Source of the DNA: Candidatus Woesebacteria bacterium RIFCSPHIGHO2_02_FULL_42_20 | Lineage (GTDB): Bacteria > Patescibacteriota > Microgenomatia > UBA8517 | NCBI GenBank assembly: GCA_001792535.1 | Contig: MGGS01000001.1 | Location: 49,695 to 113,694, forward strand | DNA length: 64,000 bases | Direction of reading: 5' to 3' | Part shown: one piece after another, positions 10,493 through 18,948 of the stretch | Position numbering within the stretch: position 1 is the stretch's first letter | Layout: each line of letters starts with the position of its first letter | Position numbers and translations under genes: made by a program | Notes under the pieces: generated by a model | What the model saw: only the letters and a program-made list of their open reading frames with translations | Told to the model about the DNA's origin: nothing | Database searches by the model: none

Positions 10493-11186
10493 GTGTCTTC
10501 TCGCGTTCGTTTCCGGCTCTGTCGGCGGATTTTATGGCAAATGTATTGTTGCCTTCGCCAAGGCTAGTATAATAGGTGAAGATTCCCGTATTTTCGACTA
10601 CCACTATCCGGTCGTTTATTGTAACCCGCGCGCCGTTCTCTGTCTGGCCTTTGATTATGACTTGCCTTTGTCTGTTTCCATAGAAGTTGGTGCCCTCTTG
10701 CGGTTCGCTGATTTCAAGTTCTGGTGCTTCTTTATCCAATGTAACAATTGAAGTGTTGCTTTGCTCGCTTACGTTTCCTCTATTGTCCGTTGAAACGGCA
10801 TATACGATGTTCTCACCTTCGCTAAGGGAGAAATTGGTAGAAAAGTTTCCGCTTGAGCTGGCCAACAGCTCTTTAGTTGTGCCGTTGAAGTAGATTTTGA
10901 CAGTAGCACCCGGTTCTGTGACGCCGGAAACCTCAACTTCTTCTTGGTTTAGGTATTCGGGCAGATCGGTTATTTTTGGCGGAGGCGGCGGGGTTGTATC
11001 GTCGCTGACTACGGCTGAGCCGCTTTTGTTGATGCCAATTAGTATTTGGGCAAATCTGGCGACTATTGGTAATCCGAATACTGCAAAAAAAATAACCAGA
11101 AAGACGGAAGCTGCAATTAAAATAAGCGCATGTTTGCTACTTCGTTTGTCTTCAATGTTTTGCAGTCGTGAGTAATTTCTTCTCAT
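10470..11186 (-). CDS. Membrane-anchored protein with two bacterial Ig-like domains
   Basis: N-terminal TM, PPPPP linker, repeated G.TE.GA.V.I / GEN..A.D.GN beta-sandwich patterns. Confidence 0.8.
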   Translation of the reverse strand: MRRNYSRLQNIEDKRSSKHALILIAASVFLVIFFAVFGLPIVARFAQILIGINKSGSAVVSDDTTPPPPPKITDLPEYLNQEEVEVSGVTEPGATVKIYFNGTTKELLASSSGNFSTNFSLSEGENIVYAVSTDNRGNVSEQSNTSIVTLDKEAPELEISEPQEGTNFYGNRQRQVIIKGQTENGARVTINDRIVVVENTGIFTYYTSLGEGNNTFAIKSADRAGNEREKTLNLIFSP

Positions 11187-11191
11187 CTTTG

Positions 11192-11262
11192 AGCCCTCTG
11201 TCAGAATCGAACTGACGTTTGCGGTTTACGATACCGCTGCTTTACCACTAAGCTAAGAGGGC
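11192..11262 (-). tRNA. tRNA-Thr(CGT), CCA not encoded
   Basis: Reverse complement: GCCCTCT/AGAGGGC acceptor, GCGGT-ATCGTAA-ACCGC anticodon arm, GTCAG-TTCGATT-CTGAC T arm. Confidence 0.93.
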
Positions 11263-11282
11263 ACCAATTAGCTTAGATTATA

Positions 11283-12011
11283 CTAGTAACCCGTGAATTT
11301 CTCTATTTTGATGTGGTCGGGGTTGATATTACTGCTGGCAAGGAGTATTTCGATCGCGTCGACCATTGGTGGCGGTCCGGCGACCCAAAAGGTTAACTGG
11401 TTAATTGCCAATTTCCAATTTGCAAATAGCTTATGAAGCAACTTGTCGTCAATTCTGCCCGTTAGCCCGGGCCAGTAAACTTGGGATTCTTCGGGTTTGG
11501 AAATAGTCATTGCGACCTTGATGTTTTCGTTGTTCTTTGCCATTTCGTCTAAGTCACTTCTAAAGGCGATTTCCTCGGGGGTTGAGTTTGAGTAGATAAG
11601 ATAAATCGGAGTTTTGAAATTCAAGTCTAGGCTATACTTGATCATACTTCTGAAAGGGGTAATCCCGATTCCGCCTGCAATGAAGACTTGTACATCGCGG
11701 GTTTCCTCTTCTAAAATAAAGGTTCCGTTTGGGCCTCGGCCTTCAAGTACACCTCCGATTACCTGTTCGTCCAAGGTTTTTTTATAGCCCGACTCCGGCC
11801 TTATTCTGGTAGTTATTCGTAGTAGTTGTTCGGTTGGTGACGAAGAGAGGGTAAAATGTCTTGTCTCGCCGCGCTGGTCGGGATAATTTAGTTTTGGAAG
11901 AGTGATAAAAAAATACTGGCCGGGAGAGTAGTCGACTTTCGTTTCGCTCTCAAAAAAGAAAGATTTAGTACCCTCGGCCTCGTTTTTCTTTTTGACCAAT
12001 TTTAGTTTCAT
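11283..12011 (-). CDS. FAD/NAD(P)-binding oxidoreductase (ferredoxin-NADP reductase family)
   Basis: PGQY, RHFTLSS (RxFT/S), AGGIGITPF, AGPPPM, C-terminal EKFTGY. Confidence 0.92.
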   Translation of the reverse strand: MKLKLVKKKNEAEGTKSFFFESETKVDYSPGQYFFITLPKLNYPDQRGETRHFTLSSSPTEQLLRITTRIRPESGYKKTLDEQVIGGVLEGRGPNGTFILEEETRDVQVFIAGGIGITPFRSMIKYSLDLNFKTPIYLIYSNSTPEEIAFRSDLDEMAKNNENIKVAMTISKPEESQVYWPGLTGRIDDKLLHKLFANWKLAINQLTFWVAGPPPMVDAIEILLASSNINPDHIKIEKFTGY

Positions 12012-12012
12012 G

Positions 12013-12050
12013 ATTGAAATTGTAGATTGAAAACTGTAAATTGTAAATTG
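12013..12050. repeat. Degenerate 7-bp tandem array (ATTGTAA-like) filling a divergent intergenic region
   Basis: attgtag attgaaa actgtaa attgtaa attg. Confidence 0.75.
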
Positions 12051-12053
12051 GTT

Positions 12054-12233
12054 ATGTGTTACAACTGTGGTTGCGGAGTGCCAGACGATGATATGGGCAA
12101 AAAGCCAGTCCATGAAGGCGGAGGATCTTTGGTTGAAAGTGATTTTGAGCACATGGCAAAAGTATGGGGTATGAAAGTTGGAGAGACAAAAAAGGAAGTC
12201 TTCAAAACGCTCAAAAAGCAGCTTGAAAAGTAA
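12054..12233 (+). CDS. Small Cys-rich protein (CxxCxC), possibly metal-binding
   Basis: MCYNCGCGVPDDDMG...; 59 aa, coding-like composition. Confidence 0.75.
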   Translation: MCYNCGCGVPDDDMGKKPVHEGGGSLVESDFEHMAKVWGMKVGETKKEVFKTLKKQLEK

Positions 12234-12261
12234 TTTGCTAAATTTTTATTATCAGTCAGGT

Positions 12262-12291
12262 GTTTACACTGAGCCTTCCGAAGTGTCAAAC
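12262..12291. repeat. Short palindromic repeat (CTGAGC..CGAAG type)
   Basis: gtttacactgagccttccgaagtgtcaaac; related copies at 20068, 21494, 59458. Confidence 0.55.
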
Positions 12292-12335
12292 TTCTGTCAA
12301 GATAATCTCGCGCTATAGGATAAAATTGGCTCCAA

Positions 12336-13133
12336 ATGTCTGTTGAATTATTACCATTTCAAACAGAAGCTCGAAGGTCAGGCGGGGAGGTTGCAAAATT
12401 TATTCCTTTGAAGCCAGGGCTAAGAAGTGACATTGTTTGGAACCCTGTGTACGCGAACCAAGGGTATAATCTCACTGCAGTACAAATGGTCAGTCCCGAA
12501 GAGGGCAATTTTAACACTGGCCTCTATGTAGTTTTCGAAGGTGACGATCTAGAAGCTCCTTTAGCAGAGACTTTGATCTTAGATCCCAAAAACGTTTTTT
12601 ATGTGGAGATTTTCGCTATTAGGCTAAGACCACTTTCTTTTGTTGATCATTACCCAATGTGGGTAAGATTTCAGGTAGGAACACTTAAGGAGGGAGCGTC
12701 TTATAAACCTTTTCGTGCACCTACATATGATGAGTCTATGGGTGAGGCTTTTGATGCTTTGGAACATAGACTTGAAACTGCTTTGTCCGCTAGCCCCGCA
12801 TTGACTGCTCTTGACTCTGTCAGCCGACAAGCATTTAAACATGTTGGTGCTCCAGAACTTACTAAAGGCGCAAGTATGATTGGCCAGATTGTAAGGGCAA
12901 TTTCAAAGTCGGTTGGCGCACTTAACGACGACACTGTACAAAGAGATGAAATTACCAATTCTCTGCTTGTAATCGCCAGAAACTTAGCAAAGTTAGGAAC
13001 AGATATCTATTTTGAGACATTTGAAGGATTAGTAAACGGCGATCCTTTGTTGAATGATTTGATTTTGGCTCAACTTGGGCAAAGAGGCCTTGGACCTTTA
13101 AATTGGGCTGGAGGTAAGGGGAAGTTAAAATGA
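12336..13133 (+). CDS. Hypothetical protein
   Basis: 265 aa ORF, ATGA overlap with the next gene; no recognisable motif. Confidence 0.7.
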   Translation: MSVELLPFQTEARRSGGEVAKFIPLKPGLRSDIVWNPVYANQGYNLTAVQMVSPEEGNFNTGLYVVFEGDDLEAPLAETLILDPKNVFYVEIFAIRLRPLSFVDHYPMWVRFQVGTLKEGASYKPFRAPTYDESMGEAFDALEHRLETALSASPALTALDSVSRQAFKHVGAPELTKGASMIGQIVRAISKSVGALNDDTVQRDEITNSLLVIARNLAKLGTDIYFETFEGLVNGDPLLNDLILAQLGQRGLGPLNWAGGKGKLK

Positions 13134-13843
13134 GCACCGTCGATTTCGGTCAATTTAGGGGATTATATACTCCGGAAAATTTTGTGGGCAGAGGTGACGT
13201 TGTCGAAAGGGTGATGGGTGATCTTAAGGCTCTGCAAAGAGCATCCCACGTTCCTCAAAGATGCTTGACAACTGTAGGAGAACCGGGAAGTGGTAAGACA
13301 TGGCTTGTTAGACACATAGGAGAAACTGCACGATGGGAATTTGGTGATGGTTTCAGGGTGGTTAGCTTAAACTTTCGAGATTATGCCGACACCCCTTCTG
13401 TTGCCGCACCTCTGATTGATGTTTGCAGACAATTAAAAGACGAGGATGTACATGGAGCGACATTGCCAGACTTTACAAGAGAAATGGTTGGAAGACTGAA
13501 AGGAGTGACACGCGAGGGTAGGGAAGCTCCTTGGAAATCGCCGGAACTTAGAAATTCAAGTCAAAAGCTGAGAACTATTCATCCTTTTACTAAGGAAGAA
13601 TTATCTCAAGTTTTTCCTAATTCCAGGCATGGTACCGACAAAGTAATGAATGTTAGCCTTGGCAATCCTGCAGTTTCAGCCTTACTTGAAGATTCAGATA
13701 GTTTTCAAGTAGGCGTTGAAAGATCATTAGATTATTTTCTTCAGAGGTTGAGTGCTAGCCAGAGGTCGATGTTTAAGGGCCACCTCCGAGTGCTCGCTGT
13801 ACTTCGCTTTTATGCTTTTGAAACTGGAGTATTAGTTAACTAA
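13130..13843 (+). pseudogene. P-loop (AAA/STAND-like) ATPase, apparently internally deleted and truncated
   Basis: NFVGR + Walker A GEPGSGKT, SLGNP, but no recognisable Walker B; ends where it overlaps the convergent gene. Confidence 0.55.
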
Positions 13844-14842
13844 TAAATACCCTTGGCCCCTCTTGGTTTGGATGAAACTGCCGGAGACGCCGTTTGCTTC
13901 CAGTTTGTCGCGCAGGCGCTGGATTTGCTTGGCAATTGCTTGAAGCGAAAAAGCATCTTCATTTTCCTTAAACAAAATTTCGGCAACTTCGTCGACAGTG
14001 GTTAACGAACTGCCTTTTTTAATCATTAGGGCAAGAAGATCTTTTTCTCTTGCCGTCAAGTCAGAGAAATTTTCTAGCTTAAAGTCTTTTACTTGATAGT
14101 TTACGCCTAATTTTCGGTAAAACTCTTTTGATTTTTGTGTCAAGTTCGCTCTTTGTTTATAGCGAATTTGGCTTAATGTCGGCATGTACCCGGAGGCTTT
14201 TTCGTATTTTCCCAACACCTTGGCGATTGAAGAAAAAGCAACTAACCAGTCGACTATCGCCTCCGATTCGCTCCAGACACCATCCAATTTGTCGTAAAAC
14301 TCCTGCCTGGTTAGAAATGTTAGGATGGCTTCGACTATTGCGTGTATTTCTTGGTCATGACGAAGATAAAGGTATGCATCTGCGGGAAACTTAGCGGGTC
14401 TATTAAAGGATGTGTTTGTTCCGAAAAGCGTCGGGTAAATCGTAATGCTTTTTATGTCACCCTTTTTATCGGGCAGTATTTTGGCTATTTGGGCCAAGAT
14501 TTCGCCTTGAGCCATAGCCCAAACTTTTTGAATATTTTTATAATGTGGCTCGGGTAAGACAACTTCCGCAAGTAATTTTTCAACGTCGTCAACTAAATCT
14601 TGTGGAGCTTTGACCGGAATATTTCTGATATCAACTCTTCTAACCTTTTCCCAGAAACGCGGGATTTTATAATATGCAAGGTCAGGGAAGGTGACGATTG
14701 ATTGGTCCTTATAGTCAGGGTCATATGGCAAAACGATAAAATTATTGACTTTATAAAACCCGACAGCAATTTGGTGAGCAGTATGCAGCACCCGAAGGGC
14801 CTCGGTTTCAAGTGAATATTCCCATCTATTATCAATTTGCAT
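13832..14842 (-). CDS. Protein with C-terminal OmpR/PhoB-type winged helix and unknown N-terminal domain
   Basis: LTAREKDLL...IQRLRDKL...IQTKRGQGY; no receiver domain. Confidence 0.8.
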   Translation of the reverse strand: MQIDNRWEYSLETEALRVLHTAHQIAVGFYKVNNFIVLPYDPDYKDQSIVTFPDLAYYKIPRFWEKVRRVDIRNIPVKAPQDLVDDVEKLLAEVVLPEPHYKNIQKVWAMAQGEILAQIAKILPDKKGDIKSITIYPTLFGTNTSFNRPAKFPADAYLYLRHDQEIHAIVEAILTFLTRQEFYDKLDGVWSESEAIVDWLVAFSSIAKVLGKYEKASGYMPTLSQIRYKQRANLTQKSKEFYRKLGVNYQVKDFKLENFSDLTAREKDLLALMIKKGSSLTTVDEVAEILFKENEDAFSLQAIAKQIQRLRDKLEANGVSGSFIQTKRGQGYLLVN

Positions 14843-15165
14843 ATAGCTATTATCTTATAGTATTTATAAAAAATCAACAATTTGGGGATGTCTGCACTGA
14901 ATGGACAAAGACGATCGTTTAAGAGCCTTACTTATGAACAAAGGTCTTTCTCCAAGAAGAAATCCGCGCTTGGTGAAGTAGGTCTGCCTACACGGGGGTT
15001 GTGCGCCCCGACTGTGGCAGACTGAACGATAATCAAAAAGAAGGAGTTGCCGAACTTTCCGGGTGGACTTTCAAAATGATACTTGATGAGTACGATAAAT
15101 TTTCAGAGCCAATACCGAAACCAAAGTTCCCTCCTCTTTCGGAGGTTGGGGGGTGAAGAGGTTCT

Positions 15166-15651
15166 TCAAAGATTGCCGCAGGAGACGTAGGTTGAAGCTT
15201 GAGTGCCGGATTTGTGAACGTTGACCGCCAAAGGAAGCATGTCGACAAGTTCTGCCATTGACGTAACAACGCTCGTCTCGGACTTGCCGCCAACCAAATC
15301 ATTTAGGGGAAACTTTATTTCGCCGAGTTTTATGCAGCTTCCTGAGTGGATATGAGCAGGTTGGCGAACGCCATTGGGTGCATTTTCAAGTTCGATTAAA
15401 ACTTTAACTTTTTTACCAAATTCCTGAGTAAGAGTAACTGTTCCATTTTGGTTGGAATTGTTTTGTTCAAGCAGCCTGGCACTGGCCTCTGAAGGAATAG
15501 TTACTGTTTGCTGACTTTTGGTAGCCGATTTTTTAATAAATTTGGTGACGGTAAGCAAAAACAGGCTCAAAAAAAGAACACCTAAAAGCAAGATTATATT
15601 TTTTTGGTTAATAAGTGACTCTTTGGAATATTCCTTTTTCCTTTTTACCAT
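15166..15651 (-). CDS. Membrane-anchored CHRD/SodC-like His/Cys protein
   Basis: N-terminal TM; QPAHIHSGSC, VNVHKS, YVSCGNL. Confidence 0.7.
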   Translation of the reverse strand: MVKRKKEYSKESLINQKNIILLLGVLFLSLFLLTVTKFIKKSATKSQQTVTIPSEASARLLEQNNSNQNGTVTLTQEFGKKVKVLIELENAPNGVRQPAHIHSGSCIKLGEIKFPLNDLVGGKSETSVVTSMAELVDMLPLAVNVHKSGTQASTYVSCGNL

Positions 15652-15742
15652 CAATATAATTTATGATCTTTCTGGAACAATTAGTCAAGTACCGTTGTGA
15701 GCGAGATAAACAAGTTTGTCCCTTGCCCATCGCCTTGCTCGG

Positions 15743-15813
15743 AGCGGGATAGGGGAGTCGAACCCCTTTCCCCACCTTGGGAAGGTGGTATTAAGCCGGT
15801 TAACTAATCCCGC
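15743..15813 (-). tRNA. tRNA-Gly(CCC), CCA not encoded
   Basis: Reverse complement: GCGGGAT/ATCCCGC acceptor, CCACC-TTCCCAA-GGTGG, AGGGG-TTCGACT-CCCCT. Confidence 0.94.
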
Positions 15814-15856
15814 TTGGAACCAATCGGGGTTATTATACCAAATATACTTTTTAATT

Positions 15857-16480
15857 TTATCTTGGTATTACAAACACGTTACCGGCGTGGATAAGATCCG
15901 GATTAATCAATTTGTTTTCACGAGCTATTTCCACCCATTTGTAAGGATCGCCATAGACTTTTTGTGCGATTTTCCACAAGCTGTCGCCTCGCTCGACTGT
16001 GTAGCTTTCTGCATTTGATACGGCACCGGAATCGTTCAATACAACGACGGGATCAGGTGTACTTGTAGGAACCTTCGTAGGTGCCTCTTGTGGAGTCTCT
16101 ACCGTTGCCAGCGGGCTTGCCTGGTCTACGGTAGCCTTTTTGGCCTCTACCGCCGGGATTGACAACTCCTGGCCTGTTTCGATGTTACCCGGAAATGGAA
16201 TTTCGTTGGCTTCTGCTATATCTACCCAGTTGTAGCCGGATTTATAGTAGGTTTCCGCTATTTTCCAAAGATTTTCGCCTTCCCCAACGACGTGAGTTGC
16301 GGGCAACCCTTCTATTTGTTCATCGCTTTGCGCAGGCAGCGTGAGTTCTTCCGGTTGATTCATGTTTCTAAAGTAGTTTATGGCAACGACGCCGAAAATT
16401 AAAATAACAGCCATTCCAAGAAGCGTACTCAGCTTAGACTCGTTCTCTTTAATAACTTTAAGTAGTGACTTTAAATTCAT
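15857..16480 (-). CDS. Membrane-anchored protein with two LysM domains
   Basis: HVVGEGENLWKIA and YTVERGDSLWKIA..NPDLIHAG; strong SD AAGGGGGTGA upstream. Confidence 0.93.
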   Translation of the reverse strand: MNLKSLLKVIKENESKLSTLLGMAVILIFGVVAINYFRNMNQPEELTLPAQSDEQIEGLPATHVVGEGENLWKIAETYYKSGYNWVDIAEANEIPFPGNIETGQELSIPAVEAKKATVDQASPLATVETPQEAPTKVPTSTPDPVVVLNDSGAVSNAESYTVERGDSLWKIAQKVYGDPYKWVEIARENKLINPDLIHAGNVFVIPR

Positions 16481-16533
16481 AGTCTTTTGTATTCACCCCC
16501 TTGCATTTTTTTGAGGGCAGAAGTTTGAATACG

Positions 16534-16561
16534 ATTGTACTTTAAGAGTAGTAAATGTCAA
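16534..16561 (-). promoter_or_regulatory. Sigma70-type promoter of the LysM gene
   Basis: Minus strand TTGACA-16nt-TACAAT. Confidence 0.6.
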
Positions 16562-16596
16562 GGACAGTTTTGGGTTATTTTTCGGGTATTTTAAAA

Positions 16597-16627
16597 ACGT
16601 AATTATTTAGTAACTAAATAATTACGT
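16597..16627. repeat. 31-bp palindrome (15-bp perfect arms, 1-nt spacer)
   Basis: ACGTAATTATTTAGT-A-ACTAAATAATTACGT. Confidence 0.85.
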
Positions 16628-17143
16628 AAACTCAGTGTTAAATCCAAGGTCTTTGCAACCGTAGCTAGTCGTGAAACAAGCCTTTTAAGTAACCATTTGT
16701 AAATAAATATCAAATCCTATAACACAAGAATGGTTGATAAATATACCAATTTTGCACAGATGAATTGTTCCGTCTAATCGGTAATAAATAACTGGAACTA
16801 CTTAATTAACATGTATTTAGAACGCTTCTTATATTTTTATGATTACGACATAATTACGGAAAAATTGACCGGATACATATTCTGTCAGTCTGGTTAAGAG
16901 AGTGCCAGTAAAGCCAACCGGGTTTTTCTCTGTAAATTTAAGTTGGGTTGCTTATTTTAACCAGTACCAAATTTTCACTCGCTGTTACCAAGCAGACTAG
17001 AACACTCCCATAGATTAGGCGGGTTTGGTTAATAGTTACACGTATGAAAACGCACTCTAGTGCCACCGCCAGTCGTAAATGCTCTTAAAATTGCTATAGG
17101 ATGGAACACTTTTGTTACAAGGGTTAAAAATATGTTTGTTCAA

Positions 17144-17731
17144 TTAATTTACTCTGAATTTGGGTTCACTAGGTTCATTGTTTCCCAGAAAAATATAGCC
17201 CTTGCCCCATGAGCTTAATATAATCTGAGGTTGTTTAGGGTCTGGCTCAATTTTTTCGCGGAGCCTAAGGACAATAATCCGGACAGCGTTGTTAGTGACT
17301 TTCCGAGTGGCCCACAGGCAATTTAGTATTTGCTCTTTTGTAATTACACGAATTACATTTCCACTAGATTCGTTCTTGGCAAATAACGCAAAAAGCTTGT
17401 TTTCTTTGGGAGTCAAGTTGATTGCAGCGTTACCCATTACAACTACGCCTTGCGACTCATAATATTTGTAGGGAAATGGGTTGGCAAAGTTTGAAGGAGG
17501 TAGTGCTTCAGGCGTCGAGCTGTTTGGGTAATCTACAAAGTCGCCAGACTCTGTCATTGTTTTTAATTCTTGCGCAAACTTAACGGCTTTTCTGGCTTGA
17601 TCTAGGTCGCCCTGTTCAAGTGCCGTTTTATAATTTGCAAAAATAGAGTCTTCAATTATTCCCACAGATGGGAGTTTAGCCAAATAGTACTTGGGTTTCA
17701 AGTCAGTTTGGATTGGTAACGCTTTAATCAA
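17144..17731 (-). CDS. OmpR/PhoB-type winged-helix protein without receiver domain
   Basis: LTPKENKLF...EQILNCLW...VLRLREKIEPDPKQPQIILSSWGKGY. Confidence 0.8.
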   Translation of the reverse strand: MIKALPIQTDLKPKYYLAKLPSVGIIEDSIFANYKTALEQGDLDQARKAVKFAQELKTMTESGDFVDYPNSSTPEALPPSNFANPFPYKYYESQGVVVMGNAAINLTPKENKLFALFAKNESSGNVIRVITKEQILNCLWATRKVTNNAVRIIVLRLREKIEPDPKQPQIILSSWGKGYIFLGNNEPSEPKFRVN

Positions 17732-18000
17732 GAATTTTTGTGAAGGTTTTTGAGTTTTTCTGAATATCTGTCAAAGGCTTTTTCCAAAGCTTCTGTTGAA
17801 TCTACTCCCAATTTATTTGTAACTGCTATGGCTGAAAAAAGGAGGTCTCCTGCTTCTTCCATCAGATCACTGTGATCGGCTAAAGCCTTTTCGCCACTTC
17901 CGGCCTTCCGCTCTCCGGTGTGGACAGTAATTGCCTCACCTAATTCTGTAACCTCCTCAACTACCTTTTTCTGATAGTCTTTAAGCGACTTATTAGCCAT
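17728..18000 (-). CDS. MazG-like nucleotide pyrophosphohydrolase (short)
   Basis: VEEVTEL...EEAGDLLF..IAVTNKLGVD motif. Confidence 0.8.
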   Translation of the reverse strand: MANKSLKDYQKKVVEEVTELGEAITVHTGERKAGSGEKALADHSDLMEEAGDLLFSAIAVTNKLGVDSTEALEKAFDRYSEKLKNLHKNS

Positions 18001-18109
18001 TTTCAATAATTTTATCAGATATTTCGCCTCTCGTTAAGGTAACCAATACTCTGAAGCTAAAAAGAAATAAGTTTATGCTTCTTTAAAAATATTCTTCCTG
18101 AACTTGATT

Positions 18110-18265
18110 TTAAATATTTTTCAAAGTATCTTTAAGCATTTTATTCAGCCTTCTCCATCCGGATGTAGTTTTAAAATATTTCTCGCATTTAACCGTATCC
18201 TTTTTGCTAATAAAGCCTTCAAAATAAATAATCTTATACTGTATAAACCAGTAGTGGCTCGCCAT
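18110..18265 (-). pseudogene. C-terminal remnant of a small GIY-YIG nuclease
   Basis: YKIIYFEGFISKKDTVKCEKYFKTTSGWRRL matches the YxE...A..RE.YFK C-terminal half; GIY/YIG motifs absent. Confidence 0.65.
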
Positions 18266-18295
18266 CTTTGAAATATAGTTCGAATTTTTTCGTAA

Positions 18296-18378
18296 AGAGA
18301 CCGCAGATCGTGAAGGGAAAGAGGTGCCCTCGCCGCGGGGGCGGGCGCAACCCTGTCGCTTCACGATCTGCGGGCTCT
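18296..18378. repeat. GC-rich long hairpin with 15-bp perfect inverted repeat
   Basis: CCGCAGATCGTGAAG (18301-18315) / CTTCACGATCTGCGG (18359-18373), with further inner pairing. Confidence 0.85.
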
Positions 18379-18454
18379 AGTGGATTATCTCCGGAACTTC
18401 TTCTGTACGAACCAATTTCATTATGAATATCAAACAGTGTAAAATTATTCTTAT

Positions 18455-18931
18455 ATGGAAAATGATATTGTTATTAAAATATGTGTATTCGTAGTTGAAA
18501 AAGATAGACTTTTACTTTTGAAAGAATGGTCAAACAAAAAGAATGGATACTACTTAAATATTATTAAAGGAACATATGATAAACACAATGAATCATTATT
18601 TGATTGTGCTAGACGGGAGGCTAAAGAAGAAGCAGGAATAGAAATCGAATTAACAGATTTACTTAACTGCACAGTGGGTTTTGGAAAAAGAAATACATTT
18701 TACTTTAGTTTTATAGCTAGGATGCTAAGAGGAAAACCTAGTTTAGCATTAGAAGATGAACAGAAAAAAAGAGGTGAAGATATTACTGAAATTAATTTCT
18801 ATTCAAAAGACGAAATCAAAAAAATGAAGAGGGAGAATTTTATTTCGGAGATTGTTTTTGATTCTGTCCATCAGTGGTTAGAAGATAAAATATATCCTCT
18901 TGAAATAATCAAACATAGAAGCTTCAAATAA
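18455..18931 (+). CDS. NUDIX hydrolase
   Basis: KGT....ESLFDCARREAKEEAG Nudix box; visibly AT-rich. Confidence 0.88.
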   Translation: MENDIVIKICVFVVEKDRLLLLKEWSNKKNGYYLNIIKGTYDKHNESLFDCARREAKEEAGIEIELTDLLNCTVGFGKRNTFYFSFIARMLRGKPSLALEDEQKKRGEDITEINFYSKDEIKKMKRENFISEIVFDSVHQWLEDKIYPLEIIKHRSFK

Positions 18932-18948
18932 ATATATAAAGGTATTAG

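Noticed and set aside
12012-12152. N-terminal extension of the oxidoreductase ORF
   Set aside because: Reads through the heptamer array and the divergent Cys-rich gene
15716-16018. 100-aa ORF on the + strand
   Set aside because: Antisense to tRNA-Gly and the LysM gene
16670-17051. parS-like fragments (CGTGAAACA; GTTACACGTATGAAAAC) and possible oriC
   Set aside because: Only half or interrupted matches; no DnaA-box cluster seen
18296-18378. SRP (4.5S) RNA or CRISPR repeat
   Set aside because: Lacks the SRP domain IV motif; single copy, no spacers, no cas genes
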